Shown: positions 22,301 to 31,649, counted from the first letter of the stretch. The stretch is DNA of 64,000 nucleotides from Candidatus Daviesbacteria bacterium (GCA_016184225.1 JACPDA010000004.1:6800-70799); one strand, 5' to 3'. Made by a program: numbers and translations. The notes: generated by a model from the letters alone, not told the origin.

Positions 22301-22646
22301 TTTTAACCGGAGACCCTAACACTCTTACTTTCTCACGCTTAAATACCCCTTGATCCTCAAGTGCCAGGCCACAATTTAGGGCTGTTTGTCCTCCAAAGCT
22401 TAAAAAAATTCCATCCGGCTTTTCCTTCTCAATTACTTTTTGGACAAAATATGGAGTCACCGGTAAAAAATAAATCTTTTTGGCCAAACCTTCCGAGGTT
22501 TGAATGGTGGCGATATTAGGATTTATTAAAACCGCCTCAATACCTTCTTCTTTCAAAGCTTTCAACGCTTGTGAGCCGGAATAATCAAACTCTCCAGCTT
22601 CACCGATTTTTAATGCTCCTGAACCCAAAACTAGGACCTTTTTCAT
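19365..22646 (-). CDS. carB: Carbamoyl-phosphate synthase large subunit
   Basis: GEAGEFDYSG, duplicated ATP-grasp halves, MGS domain. Confidence 0.98.
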   Translation of the reverse strand: MKKVLVLGSGALKIGEAGEFDYSGSQALKALKEEGIEAVLINPNIATIQTSEGLAKKIYFLPVTPYFVQKVIEKEKPDGIFLSFGGQTALNCGLALEDQGVFKREKVRVLGSPVKSIRITEDRELFAKELAKIGVKVPKGGFARSLDQALKIAETLGYPLLIRSGFSLGGLGSGVIENEKELIQMVTLALKQAPQIAVEEYLKHWKEVEYEVVRDNLGNKITVCNMENMDPLGIHTGESIVVAPSQTLNNYQYHFLRRISLAVIEHLGIVGECNIQFALNPKNNDYRVIEVNARLSRSSALASKATGYPLAYIAAKLALGYNLPELKNSVTLSTSAFFEPALDYIVVKIPRWDLQKFVGAKEAIGSEMKSVGEVMAVGRSFPEVLQKAIRMLETGQDGLLQNSIDDTKLLPTTERLFVIAKRFGKGESVEAVYKATGIDPWFLYQIQEIVKFEGRLQVTGNRLQSEIVREAKKLGFSDKILAKGLKKTEEEVREFRKKNGIVPKVKHIDTLAAEYPAKTNYLYLTYHGDETEKENVILANEVRPESKKQGSWTSQDDKKKQKAIVLGSGPYRIGSSVEFDWCSVTAAQTLRSRGLETIIINCNPETVSTDFDSADKLYFEQLTFERVSDIYEIEVQSAKFKVQSWKNSTLNTKHSALVLGFGGQVPNNLAMDCFRAGYKILGTSPESIDRAEDRDKFSKLLDQLGILQPDWQSLKTADEALKFARKIGYPVLIRPSYVLSGSAMNVAYSGTDLKRALKSAADISAEHPVVVSKFVEGAKEIEVDGVGQDGQLLIYAISEHVENAGVHSGDATIVLPPQRLYLETVRKVKDATRKILQALNINGPFNIQFLAKDNQVLVIELNLRASRSFPFVSKVTGYNFVEMSTQVMLGEKISGDFNTLDLDYVGVKAPQFSFSRIKGADPRLRVEMSSTGEVACFGDDLQEAYLKAILATGFKMPQKSVLLTIGGEENKLDLLSSARDLFYLGFKIYATPQTHEFLSKNDIQSTRVSKISERKHPSVLDLLKQDGIDLVINISKPRSKKGETDGFIIRRTCVDLGIPLITNLQAAELLISALTNKKMEDLKIKSWDEYVSQ

Positions 22647-22726
22647 GTTTTTTGATTCCTATCAAAAAAGACAAGGTTCTGCGAGCGCGTTGTAAAATAT
22701 TTCATACAACAGTGCGAAGCAGGTCC

Positions 22727-23845
22727 TTATATTAAATCCAAAAATTCATCAAATAAATAACCGCCCTCTGTCGGACCCGGGTTGGCTTCCGGGTGAAATT
22801 GTACTGCTATAAAAGACTTTTTATTGTGCCTAATCCCCTCATTTGTGCCGTCATTTAAATTAACAAACCACTCTAGCCACTCTTTTCCTAAAGATTTCAT
22901 ATCCACCGCGAAACCATGATTTTGACTGGTTATGATAGCTTTCTTGTTATTTTGATCTAGTACAGGCTGATTTTGGCTTCTATGACCGAACTTTAGTTTG
23001 TAAGTTTCTCCTCCAGCTGCCAAAGATAAAATCTGGCTGCCTAAACAAATACCAAAAGTGGGGACACCTGCATCAAGCAACTGCTTAACAGTTTCTATAG
23101 TGGCTTTAGCCTGTTTTGGATCTCCCGGGCCGTTGGAAATTAGAACTCCGTCAAATCCGCCAGCTGGCGGACTAGCTATCGGATTAAAATCCCAGGGCAC
23201 CCTGGTTACCCTGACTCCTCTTTTAACTAAACTCCTGATAATATTTTCCTTGGCTCCGCAATCAATTAAGACTATATTTTTCTTGTTCATCCTGAGCGAA
23301 GTCGAAGGACCATACACCTCCACCTTTTTACAACTAACATAAGGCAAGATATTCTCTTTATTCGGATCATAAATAGAGTCGCTAGTCGCTAGAGTCGAGA
23401 GTCTAGACTGTTGATTCCTAGACTCTAGATTCTTGACTCTAGACTCTACTTCTATTCGACCAAGCATCACTCCATGCTTCCGAAGCTTAGTAGTCAACTC
23501 CCTGGTATCAATCCCCTGCAAAGCAGGTATCCCTTCATCTTTCAGCCACTCCCCCAAAGTTTTCTGGCTTTCAAAATGTGACGGGTGGTCAATATAGTTT
23601 TGCACAATTAACCCCTTAACCTGAATTTTTTTTGATTCCCAAAACTTTTTTCCCGGCACCCCGTAATTTCCCTGCAAGGGATAAGTCAAAACTAGGATTT
23701 GGCCAAAATAAGATGGGTCTGTCAAGGATTCCGGGTATCCCACCATACCGGTATTAAAAACCACCTCGCCTGAGGTAGCTACCTCTTTCCCAAAGCTTTC
23801 TCCTAAAAAAACTGTCCCATCGGACAGAATCAGTCTCCCTTGCAT
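22727..23845 (-). CDS. carA: Carbamoyl-phosphate synthase small subunit
   Basis: GEVVFNTGMVGY, SNGPGDP, GICLG, QFHPE. Confidence 0.98.
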   Translation of the reverse strand: MQGRLILSDGTVFLGESFGKEVATSGEVVFNTGMVGYPESLTDPSYFGQILVLTYPLQGNYGVPGKKFWESKKIQVKGLIVQNYIDHPSHFESQKTLGEWLKDEGIPALQGIDTRELTTKLRKHGVMLGRIEVESRVKNLESRNQQSRLSTLATSDSIYDPNKENILPYVSCKKVEVYGPSTSLRMNKKNIVLIDCGAKENIIRSLVKRGVRVTRVPWDFNPIASPPAGGFDGVLISNGPGDPKQAKATIETVKQLLDAGVPTFGICLGSQILSLAAGGETYKLKFGHRSQNQPVLDQNNKKAIITSQNHGFAVDMKSLGKEWLEWFVNLNDGTNEGIRHNKKSFIAVQFHPEANPGPTEGGYLFDEFLDLI

Positions 23846-23860
23846 AAATTTACTCTCCTT

Positions 23861-24799
23861 TTATCGAGAATTAATTCTTCCTAAGACTAAAGCCAACAAC
23901 GCTTCTCTAATATATAAACCATTCCTGGCTTGAGCAAAATAAATGGCATTTTTATGACTATCTAGCGCCGGATCAATCTCATTTACTCTAGGCAAAGGAT
24001 GCATCAATTTTATTCCCCGATCCAGGTACTTCTTAAAAGAAGAGTCTAAAATAAATTTATCTTTAATCCTTTCGTATTCCTTTAAATCTTTAAATCTCTC
24101 TTTCTGCACTCTGGTTTGGTAAAGAAAGTTTGCCTCTAAGTTTTCCGGCAAACGTTCATATTCTTCATAAGTCACTTTCCTGCTTTTTAAAATCTTTAAA
24201 AATTCATCAGGCATCGCAAGATTAGGGTGTGAAATAAAAATCTGTTTAACTCTAAAAAGGCTTAAAGCAAGAGAAAGCGCATGAACGGTTCTGCCATATT
24301 TTAAATCCCCCATCAAGGCTACTGTAATCCCATCTAACTTCCCGGCCTCCTTCATCATCGTATAAAGATCAAGCATTGTTTGAGTTGGATGCTGATTAGG
24401 CCCGTCTCCTGCGTTTATAACCGGAATTTGGGCAACTTCTGCTGCCTTTTTTGCTGATAAAGCCTCCGGGTGCCTCATAATTAAAACATCAGCATATGAG
24501 TCCATAATTCTGATAGTATCTGAAAAAGTTTCACCTTTGTGAATGGAGGTGGCCTCCGGATCATTAAAACCAATTATCCCCATGCCTATTTTTTGGGCTG
24601 CAGAACGGAAGGATTGTTCTGTCCGAGTAGAAGGTTCAAAAAAAAGCAAAGCAACAATTTTACCTTGGGCAATAGTGTAATTTGACCTGTCGCTTTTAAC
24701 AAAAGCCGGATCAAATCTTTTAGCAGTTTTTAAGATATATAGCAGCTCTTCTTTGGAAAAATCATTTATGTCTATAATATCTCTGCCTTTAAATTTCAT
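23861..24799 (-). CDS. pyrB: Aspartate carbamoyltransferase
   Basis: FFEPSTRT, HPTQT, MHPLPR. Confidence 0.98.
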   Translation of the reverse strand: MKFKGRDIIDINDFSKEELLYILKTAKRFDPAFVKSDRSNYTIAQGKIVALLFFEPSTRTEQSFRSAAQKIGMGIIGFNDPEATSIHKGETFSDTIRIMDSYADVLIMRHPEALSAKKAAEVAQIPVINAGDGPNQHPTQTMLDLYTMMKEAGKLDGITVALMGDLKYGRTVHALSLALSLFRVKQIFISHPNLAMPDEFLKILKSRKVTYEEYERLPENLEANFLYQTRVQKERFKDLKEYERIKDKFILDSSFKKYLDRGIKLMHPLPRVNEIDPALDSHKNAIYFAQARNGLYIREALLALVLGRINSR

Positions 24800-24829
24800 A
24801 TGTCATTCTGGCTTGTCCAGAATCTCTCC

Positions 24830-24854
24830 AAAAAAAATCCGCCCATTGGCGGAT
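24830..24854 (-). terminator. Intrinsic terminator in the pyrB leader
   Basis: ATCCGCC-AATG-GGCGGAT plus T-tract on minus strand. Confidence 0.75.
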
Positions 24855-24909
24855 CAATAAACTATTAAATCTAATTCAAAAATACATTTCTTATGCATAG
24901 CCTTGAGAT

Positions 24910-24938
24910 AGTTTAATGCTAGATGTTTTTCCTGTCAA
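24910..24938 (-). promoter_or_regulatory. Sigma70 promoter of pyrB-carA-carB
   Basis: TTGACA-17 nt-TAAACT. Confidence 0.75.
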
Positions 24939-24955
24939 CCCCTGAAAATCGAAAC

Positions 24956-25177
24956 CTACTTTGCAAGTCTTGTCCTCTTGAATTCTAAATATTCAACAAT
25001 CCGCGGATCATCTATCGGTATTGGACTATTTTTTTGACCAAGTGCCACACATAGACCTCCAAGATATGTTCCAATTCCTTCTGGCGGTATTCCCAGCTGC
25101 GCAACCAAACTTTCTACTAAAGGATATCCCTGGCCTGCGTCTCTCTCAGTCTGACCCATTTCTATTTTTTCTACCAT
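24956..25177 (-). CDS. Orphan 73-aa protein (start MVEK)
   Basis: GGAG Shine-Dalgarno upstream; follows the T-box terminator. Confidence 0.55.
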   Translation of the reverse strand: MVEKIEMGQTERDAGQGYPLVESLVAQLGIPPEGIGTYLGGLCVALGQKNSPIPIDDPRIVEYLEFKRTRLAK

Positions 25178-25193
25178 AATATTTTCTCCATTT

Positions 25194-25450
25194 AAAAAAC
25201 CCTTGTAAATCTCCAATCATTAGATCAGAAACTTACAAGGGCCTTTTATGGCGGTGCCACCTTGCTTAAATTTTTTTACAAAAATTTATCTCTTTCAGCG
25301 CTCCGTTCCGCCAGCTGGCGGACGACACGCTTATTGTATTTGCACAGTTCAATTTCTGTCATACTCTATCCTTCGACTTCGCTCAGGACTGATGTATGCT
25401 GCTTGTCCGCTGCGGCGGACTTATCGTTGCTTACGCAAACAAACGCATTA
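25194..25450 (-). promoter_or_regulatory. T-box riboswitch leader
   Basis: Antiterminator CAAGG-TGGCACC-GCC-ATAAAA-GGC-CCTTG; overlapping 19-bp terminator plus T6; AU-rich stem III before it; TTGACA/TATACT promoter at about 25458..25485. Confidence 0.8.
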
Positions 25451-25486
25451 TGAATACAGTATACCATAAAAACTTAAGTTGTCAAA

Positions 25487-26545
25487 TCACCCTTTCAGAA
25501 TTTGTCCATATGGACCAAAAATGTTTTGGCCATCATAAACCATCTTCCCTCTTAAAACCACTTTTTTAACTCTCCCTGTTACCTTCATTCCAACAAAGGG
25601 GGTCCAACCACATTTGGTAAACAAGTTGTTAGGGTTTAGGGTGTAGGGTATAGTTTCTACTTCTACAAAAGTTTCTGGTTGTTGGAGAATACCAAAAATT
25701 CTTTTGGGATTGGTGCTTGTCAACTCGATCAATCTCTCCAGAGTCAATCGCCCATCATTTACAGCTGTCAGTAGCAGTGGTAGCGTAGTTTCCAACCCCG
25801 GCACACCGTATGGCGGCTTTTCCCCTTCTTTTTCTGCTCTGGTGTGCGGAGCATGATCAGAGGCAATCATATCAATGGTCCCCTCAACCACGGCTTGCCA
25901 TAGGGCATCTTGATCTTCTTTGCTGGAAAGAGGTGGCTTCATCAGTCCATATGCACCCAACCTTTTTGCGTCTTCATTAGTTAAAAACAGATGGTGACAG
26001 GTTACCTCACTGCTTATTTGCAGGCCATTCCTTTTGGCAGCTTTAATTAGTTCAATCTCTTTTCGCAAAGAAACATGACAGACATGCAACTGATTACCAA
26101 ATTTTTTGGCCAAGAAAATGGCTTTTTGCAACGTATCACCTTCTGCATGAACTAAAACAGGCAGGTTTTTTGGCCAGGTGGAAAAAACAGCCTCCAAAGT
26201 TTGATCATCCTCCATCAATAAATCCCCGGTGGTCTGATTCATATAAACTTTCAACCCAAACACCTTACCGGAAATTTCATTGAAATACTGAATGCTTTTA
26301 CTGCTGGCCCCAAAATGAAACCCCACATCAGCATAAATTCTTCCCCTGGCCAGATCTATTTTTTCCTGCAAAGCCTGCGGTGAAATAGTGGGAATAGGAT
26401 TATTCGGCATATCCAAAACTAAAGTATACCCACCGGCAATGGCAGCTTTGGTGCCTGTTTCAAAGTCCTCTTTTTGGGTGGCACCCGGTTCCCGAAGGTG
26501 CACATGAGGATCAATTAACCCGGGGAGTTTAATCTTATTTTGCAT
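25487..26545 (-). CDS. pyrC: Dihydroorotase
   Basis: DPHVHLREPG, DMPN, SDHAPH, KCGWTPF. Confidence 0.95.
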   Translation of the reverse strand: MQNKIKLPGLIDPHVHLREPGATQKEDFETGTKAAIAGGYTLVLDMPNNPIPTISPQALQEKIDLARGRIYADVGFHFGASSKSIQYFNEISGKVFGLKVYMNQTTGDLLMEDDQTLEAVFSTWPKNLPVLVHAEGDTLQKAIFLAKKFGNQLHVCHVSLRKEIELIKAAKRNGLQISSEVTCHHLFLTNEDAKRLGAYGLMKPPLSSKEDQDALWQAVVEGTIDMIASDHAPHTRAEKEGEKPPYGVPGLETTLPLLLTAVNDGRLTLERLIELTSTNPKRIFGILQQPETFVEVETIPYTLNPNNLFTKCGWTPFVGMKVTGRVKKVVLRGKMVYDGQNIFGPYGQILKG

Positions 26546-26594
26546 TTACCATTACATTCTAACAAACAAGTGTTATTTTTGTTAGAATTATTAT

Positions 26595-26852
26595 ATGGCG
26601 AAAAAGGATCAGGTATTCCACAAAGAGCTAATTAGGCAACTTCTTACCCTATCAACATCAGCTTTTGGTCTGGCTGCAGCATTGGCTTGGAATGAAACCA
26701 TCCAGCAAACAGTCAAGGAATTTATTGAACCCTCCCTACCGGGTTCAGGAGTCTTATCAAGATTTATCTACGCTATCTTGGTCACGCTTTTTGCTGTGCT
26801 GATAACCTTCCAACTTTCCCGCCTGGCCCAAAAATGGAGGCTTAAAAGTTAA
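26595..26852 (+). CDS. Small 2-TM protein (DUF5654-like)
   Basis: SAFGLAAALAWNE motif. Confidence 0.65.
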   Translation: MAKKDQVFHKELIRQLLTLSTSAFGLAAALAWNETIQQTVKEFIEPSLPGSGVLSRFIYAILVTLFAVLITFQLSRLAQKWRLKS

Positions 26853-27903
26853 TCTGCCCGTCCTCAACCCTTAAGATCCTAGCAGAATCTAAAAATTCCT
26901 GGGGGATATTCTCCAGCTCTACTGTAGCAATAATGGTTTGTTGCTTACCGACCACCTCTACCACATGAGCCCGGTGAGGAACATCCAGCTCGGAAAAAAC
27001 ATCATCCAGCAAAAGCAACGGCCGCTTCCCCAAAATTTTAGCCATATACTCAAGTTGAGCCAGCTTAAAAGCCAAAGTGGCTGTCCGCTGCTCCCCACGG
27101 GAACCGAAATGAGCTATATTCCGCCCTTCCAATAAAATCCCAAAATCATCCCTGTGCGGACCGATTAACGTGGCAGCTGCTGCCACCTCCCTACCGTTTG
27201 TTTCAGCCAACTTCTCAGCATTGATCTCACTGGGCTCATACTCAAATCTAAATTCCCCTAACGGTCCGCCAGCTGGCGGATTATTAATAAATTCAAAAAA
27301 TCTTTTTCTCTTATCAGTTATCAACCCTCCCCGACTTACCAAACCCTCTGTCCAATAATCTAGCTCATCTTTCTTACCATACCCCTCCCTGATCCGCTTT
27401 AACACTCTATTCCTGGCTGTTAAGAATTGTTCATAAGCAGTTAAGGCTTTTTTGTATTCCTGGTCAATCTGGGCTAAACCTAAATCCAGATGCCACCTAC
27501 GCAGGCTGGGTGAACCGGTTACCATATTAATATCAGACGGATAAAAAATAATTGCCGGCAAATTACCAATAAAATCCACTACCCTCCTAGAAATTCCATT
27601 AACCAAAACTTTCTTTCTAAAAAGCACTTCTTTACTGGGTCTGTTTAAAATTATAAGCAACTCTGTTTCTCCCCTGTCCTCCAAAAAGCCTTCTACTTTA
27701 GCAAATTCTTCCCCTTCTTTTATCAGCTCATCTTCTGTCTCCACCCGCAGCGACTTACTGGTAGAAAGAAGGTAAATCGCCTCCAAAAGATTAGATTTGC
27801 CGGCCGCATTATTACCAACCAGAACGGTCGGCCGCTGATCGAAGCTTAACTCGAGAGATGAATAATTCCTGAAATTAGTTAAATTTAACTTTCTTAAAAA
27901 CAT
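26842..27903 (-). CDS. recF: DNA replication/repair protein RecF
   Basis: GNNAAGKSN, GPHRDD, SRGEQR, LLLDDVFSELD. Confidence 0.96.
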   Translation of the reverse strand: MFLRKLNLTNFRNYSSLELSFDQRPTVLVGNNAAGKSNLLEAIYLLSTSKSLRVETEDELIKEGEEFAKVEGFLEDRGETELLIILNRPSKEVLFRKKVLVNGISRRVVDFIGNLPAIIFYPSDINMVTGSPSLRRWHLDLGLAQIDQEYKKALTAYEQFLTARNRVLKRIREGYGKKDELDYWTEGLVSRGGLITDKRKRFFEFINNPPAGGPLGEFRFEYEPSEINAEKLAETNGREVAAAATLIGPHRDDFGILLEGRNIAHFGSRGEQRTATLAFKLAQLEYMAKILGKRPLLLLDDVFSELDVPHRAHVVEVVGKQQTIIATVELENIPQEFLDSARILRVEDGQINF

Positions 27904-29313
27904 CTACTTCCCTTCCCAATGCCCCAACCCTAAAAACTCCCTCACCCGATAAGATAATTCATGTTTTCTAAAAAATAAACTAGGATTAAGCCCAAAGAGC
28001 CCCACCATAATTACCAAAAACCCTAGTCCGATAAAAATAGGGGTGGTGCCGAAAATATCAGCCAAAATACCTACCAGAAAAATCGGGATTAAAGAGAGCG
28101 CAGACATGGCCACCCCTAAGACAGAAAAAACTTTCCCCCGGTTGCTTTCCGGGGTATTTTGCTGCAGTACTGTTTGTGAAGGAATCAGGATGGAAACTAT
28201 AGCCATTCCTATTAAAAACGACCCCACTACCAAAACTTTAGAAAGCGGCAACTGGTAAAAAAAGGGCACGGGCCGCGGATGCTTAAAATAATTAACAGCA
28301 GGAGACACAAGCGGGGCAATCCCTACCAAAAAAAGCAATAACCCCACAAAAAGAATAGCTCTGGAAACTAATTTCCTCTTGACTAAACTGCTCCCAAATT
28401 TGCCCAGGATCATTCCTCCAGTGATAATCCCCAACCCCAAGGGGATAATCAACACATAAGTTGCATCCGTTGCTTTAATTTGCAATGACCTTTCCAAGAA
28501 ACCAGGGGCTAAAACTGCCATAATGCCTATGCCCATCTGGACTCCTGCCAGGATCAGGATAGAAGATAGCACCGGCAATTTTCCCTTAATAATCCTCATT
28601 GTTTCTGAAATTTCAAACATGCCGATCTCTTTGATCTCGGAATATTTTCTTTTGGCCAGAGCCCAGATAAGCCTTTTACCTTGTGCATCCGGCGTAGATT
28701 GAATGGAAGGAAACAAAAGTGACAATATAAATGCCCCGGCCAAAATTACTCCACCCAATCCAAATACCACATTAATGCCTAAATGGGTAATCAAAGGCCC
28801 GGCCAAACCAAACCCCACCAAAAAGGCCGAGTACAATGTAGCCGAGAAGAGCGAGTTGGCAGTCAACAGTTGATTCTTTTTCACCACCAAAGGGATGGCA
28901 GAGGCTTCAGCCGGGGAATAAAATTGACCTAAAGCATTAATTAAAAAAGTTATCGCTAAAATTGCCGGAAAGCTTCCCTTAAAAAAAATCAGGCTGAAAA
29001 AGAGGATACTTAAGAAAAAATCAATCACCATAATGATCTTTTTCCGGTCAGTAATGTCAACCAGTACACCAGAAAATAACCCTAAAATTACTGCCGGCAG
29101 GTAAATTGAAAAAAGCAGGGCCGACACAGCAGTGTTGGAATCAGTCAGTTTAAAAACCCAAATAATCAGGGCAAAGTTTAGGGCATTAAAAGATAATTGA
29201 ACTAAAATTTGGTTAACCCACAGGTTTAGAAAACCCTTGTTTTTTAACACCCCGGAAAAGGAGACTTTTTCAGCCATAGGGTAGATTATACGGCTTTCTG
29301 GCAATGAGGGCAA
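27904..29313 (-). CDS. MFS transporter (start may be MAEK at 29277)
   Basis: About 12 TM helices, GVLVDITDRKK motif A, RGKVF. Confidence 0.88.
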   Translation of the reverse strand: MPSLPESRIIYPMAEKVSFSGVLKNKGFLNLWVNQILVQLSFNALNFALIIWVFKLTDSNTAVSALLFSIYLPAVILGLFSGVLVDITDRKKIIMVIDFFLSILFFSLIFFKGSFPAILAITFLINALGQFYSPAEASAIPLVVKKNQLLTANSLFSATLYSAFLVGFGLAGPLITHLGINVVFGLGGVILAGAFILSLLFPSIQSTPDAQGKRLIWALAKRKYSEIKEIGMFEISETMRIIKGKLPVLSSILILAGVQMGIGIMAVLAPGFLERSLQIKATDATYVLIIPLGLGIITGGMILGKFGSSLVKRKLVSRAILFVGLLLFLVGIAPLVSPAVNYFKHPRPVPFFYQLPLSKVLVVGSFLIGMAIVSILIPSQTVLQQNTPESNRGKVFSVLGVAMSALSLIPIFLVGILADIFGTTPIFIGLGFLVIMVGLFGLNPSLFFRKHELSYRVREFLGLGHWEGK

Positions 29314-30293
29314 AGGTAGGTGCCGCGGCCGCCGAGTGAGATTTTTTTAATCTCTGTCCCGCAAACTTTACAAGGGTGTTTATCGCGCCAGTAGACAAAG
29401 GCATAATCTAAAAAATAACCTTTGTGTCCTTCCGCATCTACAAAATGTGCCCTGGTTGAACCTCCGTGCTTTATTCCTTCCCTTAAAGCCCTGACTACCC
29501 CACGGTGTAGAGCTTGGAATTTCCTATCAGTCAATGTAACCACTTTAGTCCGAGGATCTATTCCAGCCATAAAACAGGCCTCATTAGAGTAGATATTTCC
29601 CACTCCTGATACCACGCTTTGGTCCATAATAGCCACCTTAACTGGCATTTTCTTATGTTTCAATAAATTCTGCTTAAGAACCTGCCATGTAAACCCTTTT
29701 TCTAAGGGCTCCGGTCCAAGATTCTTGATTGAACTGTCCACTGTAACCTGTTGCCTGTCCACTACCTTCACCCATCCAAACTTCCTCTGGTCATTAAAAT
29801 ATAAGTGGCTAGTCGCTAGAGTCGAGAGTCTAGACTTTTCATATTTTTTTCCTAGACTCTTACCACTTGACTCTAGACTCTGAAGTGTAAATATCACCCT
29901 GGTATGAGAGTTTGGCATCTTACCTAACATATCCTCAGTCGGATGTCCGCCAATAAATTTATTGTCACCTGTCGCCTGTTGCCTACCGCCTTCCCATATC
30001 AGTTGGCCTGACATCTTCATATGAAAAAGAAGAGTTATCAGGTTAGAGGTTACAGGTTTCAGTTTTGAAACTTTTTTAACTGTCCCCTGTCCACTGTACC
30101 CTGTACCCTCTGCGAGGTCTATACCGAGCAGCTTCGCTCTTCTCCAAACTTTGAGTACTTTTTGTCCCTGGGCCAAATTAGGGTTTCCAATAAAAGATTT
30201 AGGAGATAAAATCTGGATCTTTTGGATCTTCAGTCCAATAATTTTATTTTGTAGACCCAGTCTAATGACCTCAACTTCGGGAAGTTCTGGCAT
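29286..30293 (-). CDS. mutM: Formamidopyrimidine-DNA glycosylase with several in-frame repeat tracts
   Basis: MPELPEVE, GVGNIY, C-terminal zinc finger. Confidence 0.96.
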   Translation of the reverse strand: MPELPEVEVIRLGLQNKIIGLKIQKIQILSPKSFIGNPNLAQGQKVLKVWRRAKLLGIDLAEGTGYSGQGTVKKVSKLKPVTSNLITLLFHMKMSGQLIWEGGRQQATGDNKFIGGHPTEDMLGKMPNSHTRVIFTLQSLESSGKSLGKKYEKSRLSTLATSHLYFNDQRKFGWVKVVDRQQVTVDSSIKNLGPEPLEKGFTWQVLKQNLLKHKKMPVKVAIMDQSVVSGVGNIYSNEACFMAGIDPRTKVVTLTDRKFQALHRGVVRALREGIKHGGSTRAHFVDAEGHKGYFLDYAFVYWRDKHPCKVCGTEIKKISLGGRGTYLCPHCQKAV

Positions 30294-30321
30294 AAGGATA
30301 TTGTACTACAGAAGAATCAGT

Positions 30322-30573
30322 CTACAGTTGTCGGATGAAAGCACCTAGGGCATGTAGGCCTGATGACAATTTTTTTGGTAACCAAGGCTTTGACATGGAT
30401 GATAAAAACTTGTTTCTCTCTCTAATAGTGGGCGCTACTATTATTTCTAACTCTTCCGGACTAAAATCTGGAGCATCTACACTACCTCCCTGTATAAGAG
30501 CTTCCCTTGCTTTGCTTACCTCACTCCATCTTACCGGAGAACCTAATCTGTCCACCTCAACTTGGATAGCCAT
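30322..30573 (-). CDS. Hypothetical protein
   Basis: 83-aa ORF co-oriented with neighbours. Confidence 0.45.
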   Translation of the reverse strand: MAIQVEVDRLGSPVRWSEVSKAREALIQGGSVDAPDFSPEELEIIVAPTIRERNKFLSSMSKPWLPKKLSSGLHALGAFIRQL

Positions 30574-30603
30574 ATCTTCAGTCTAACCCATCTGAAAAAT
30601 CTG

Positions 30604-30855
30604 TCAAGACCTTTTTCCCAGTTTGAATTTGATCAGTAAAAAAAGAGTAAAACCTAACAGGGAAACATAAATTGGGAAGCCGCTGTGGGCAAAATCCCAC
30701 TGCTTAATAGTAAACAATGTAATGACTGCACCTAAGCCATTAAACAAGTACACCTGATAATTTTCAGTTTCCGGAACCTTATATGACTTAACTATAGTAT
30801 GTAAAATCACCAAAGAAAATAAGAATAGCAGCCACAAATACAAATTTCTCATCAA
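30604..30855 (-). pseudogene. Probable 3' remnant of a membrane-protein gene
   Basis: Hydrophobic 83 aa, TTG start, no evident RBS. Confidence 0.4.
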
Positions 30856-30866
30856 TCATAAAGGGT

Positions 30867-31649
30867 TTAAATTAATTTAACTAACCTGCCGCTTCTTAAG
30901 GATTTCTTAAACACCAGAGTGAAAAAGATCAGCGAGGCAACCATATAAATTATGTTCAATAAAACCGCTGTCCAGAAGGAACCATAATCAAACTGGCCAA
31001 ACTTTAAAGTATATCTCATACCCTCAAATACATGGGAAATAGGCAAGAAAAAAGCGATCTTTTGAAATATGGGTGGCAAGACAGAGATCGGATAAAAAAC
31101 AGCGGCAAAGGGTTGGACAAAAAACGGCAAAATCCAAGTTAAGGGTCCGATTGAATGGCCATATTTTAAAATTAAGGAAATATTAAAAATGCCGAAAGAG
31201 ATGGCAAAGATAAATAAATTTATCCAAAGCAGGGCCAAACCAAACCCCAGGCTGGTAATTTGAAAATTATAAAAAATCCCGGCCATCAGCCACATAGAAG
31301 TTAAGGCAATCATGATTTTAATAAAACTAATTGTTAAAAGCCCTGTTAAAAATTCTAAAAATGTAATTGGTGAAGCCAAAAGGTTGATAATATTGCGGTC
31401 CCAAATTTCAAACATAAAATTTACCCCGATATCAGTACTGACTTTTTCAAAAATCACCCACAAAATCATCCCCCCAAGCAAAAATGATGCTAGCTGGGAA
31501 GACTGGATATTTTGCACATATTTTGACAAAAATCCCCACAGAATTAAAACCAACACCGGAGAAATAATCACATCAAAAAACCTCTCCAGCTGATGCATGG
31601 TGGTAAAAATATGCCTTAAGACTATCGCAAAGATTCTGTTAAGATTCAT
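30867..31649 (-). CDS. ABC-2 type permease (start MNLNR)
   Basis: Six TM, FYPISVLP, LPISHVFEGMR. Confidence 0.88.
   Translation of the reverse strand: MNLNRIFAIVLRHIFTTMHQLERFFDVIISPVLVLILWGFLSKYVQNIQSSQLASFLLGGMILWVIFEKVSTDIGVNFMFEIWDRNIINLLASPITFLEFLTGLLTISFIKIMIALTSMWLMAGIFYNFQITSLGFGLALLWINLFIFAISFGIFNISLILKYGHSIGPLTWILPFFVQPFAAVFYPISVLPPIFQKIAFFLPISHVFEGMRYTLKFGQFDYGSFWTAVLLNIIYMVASLIFFTLVFKKSLRSGRLVKLI

Noticed and set aside
24935-24956. Possible displaced pyrC 3' end (SIFRG* versus QILKG*)
   Set aside because: Too short and dissimilar; overlaps a -35 box
25248-25469. Two short plus-strand ORFs
   Set aside because: Antisense to the T-box and built from repeats
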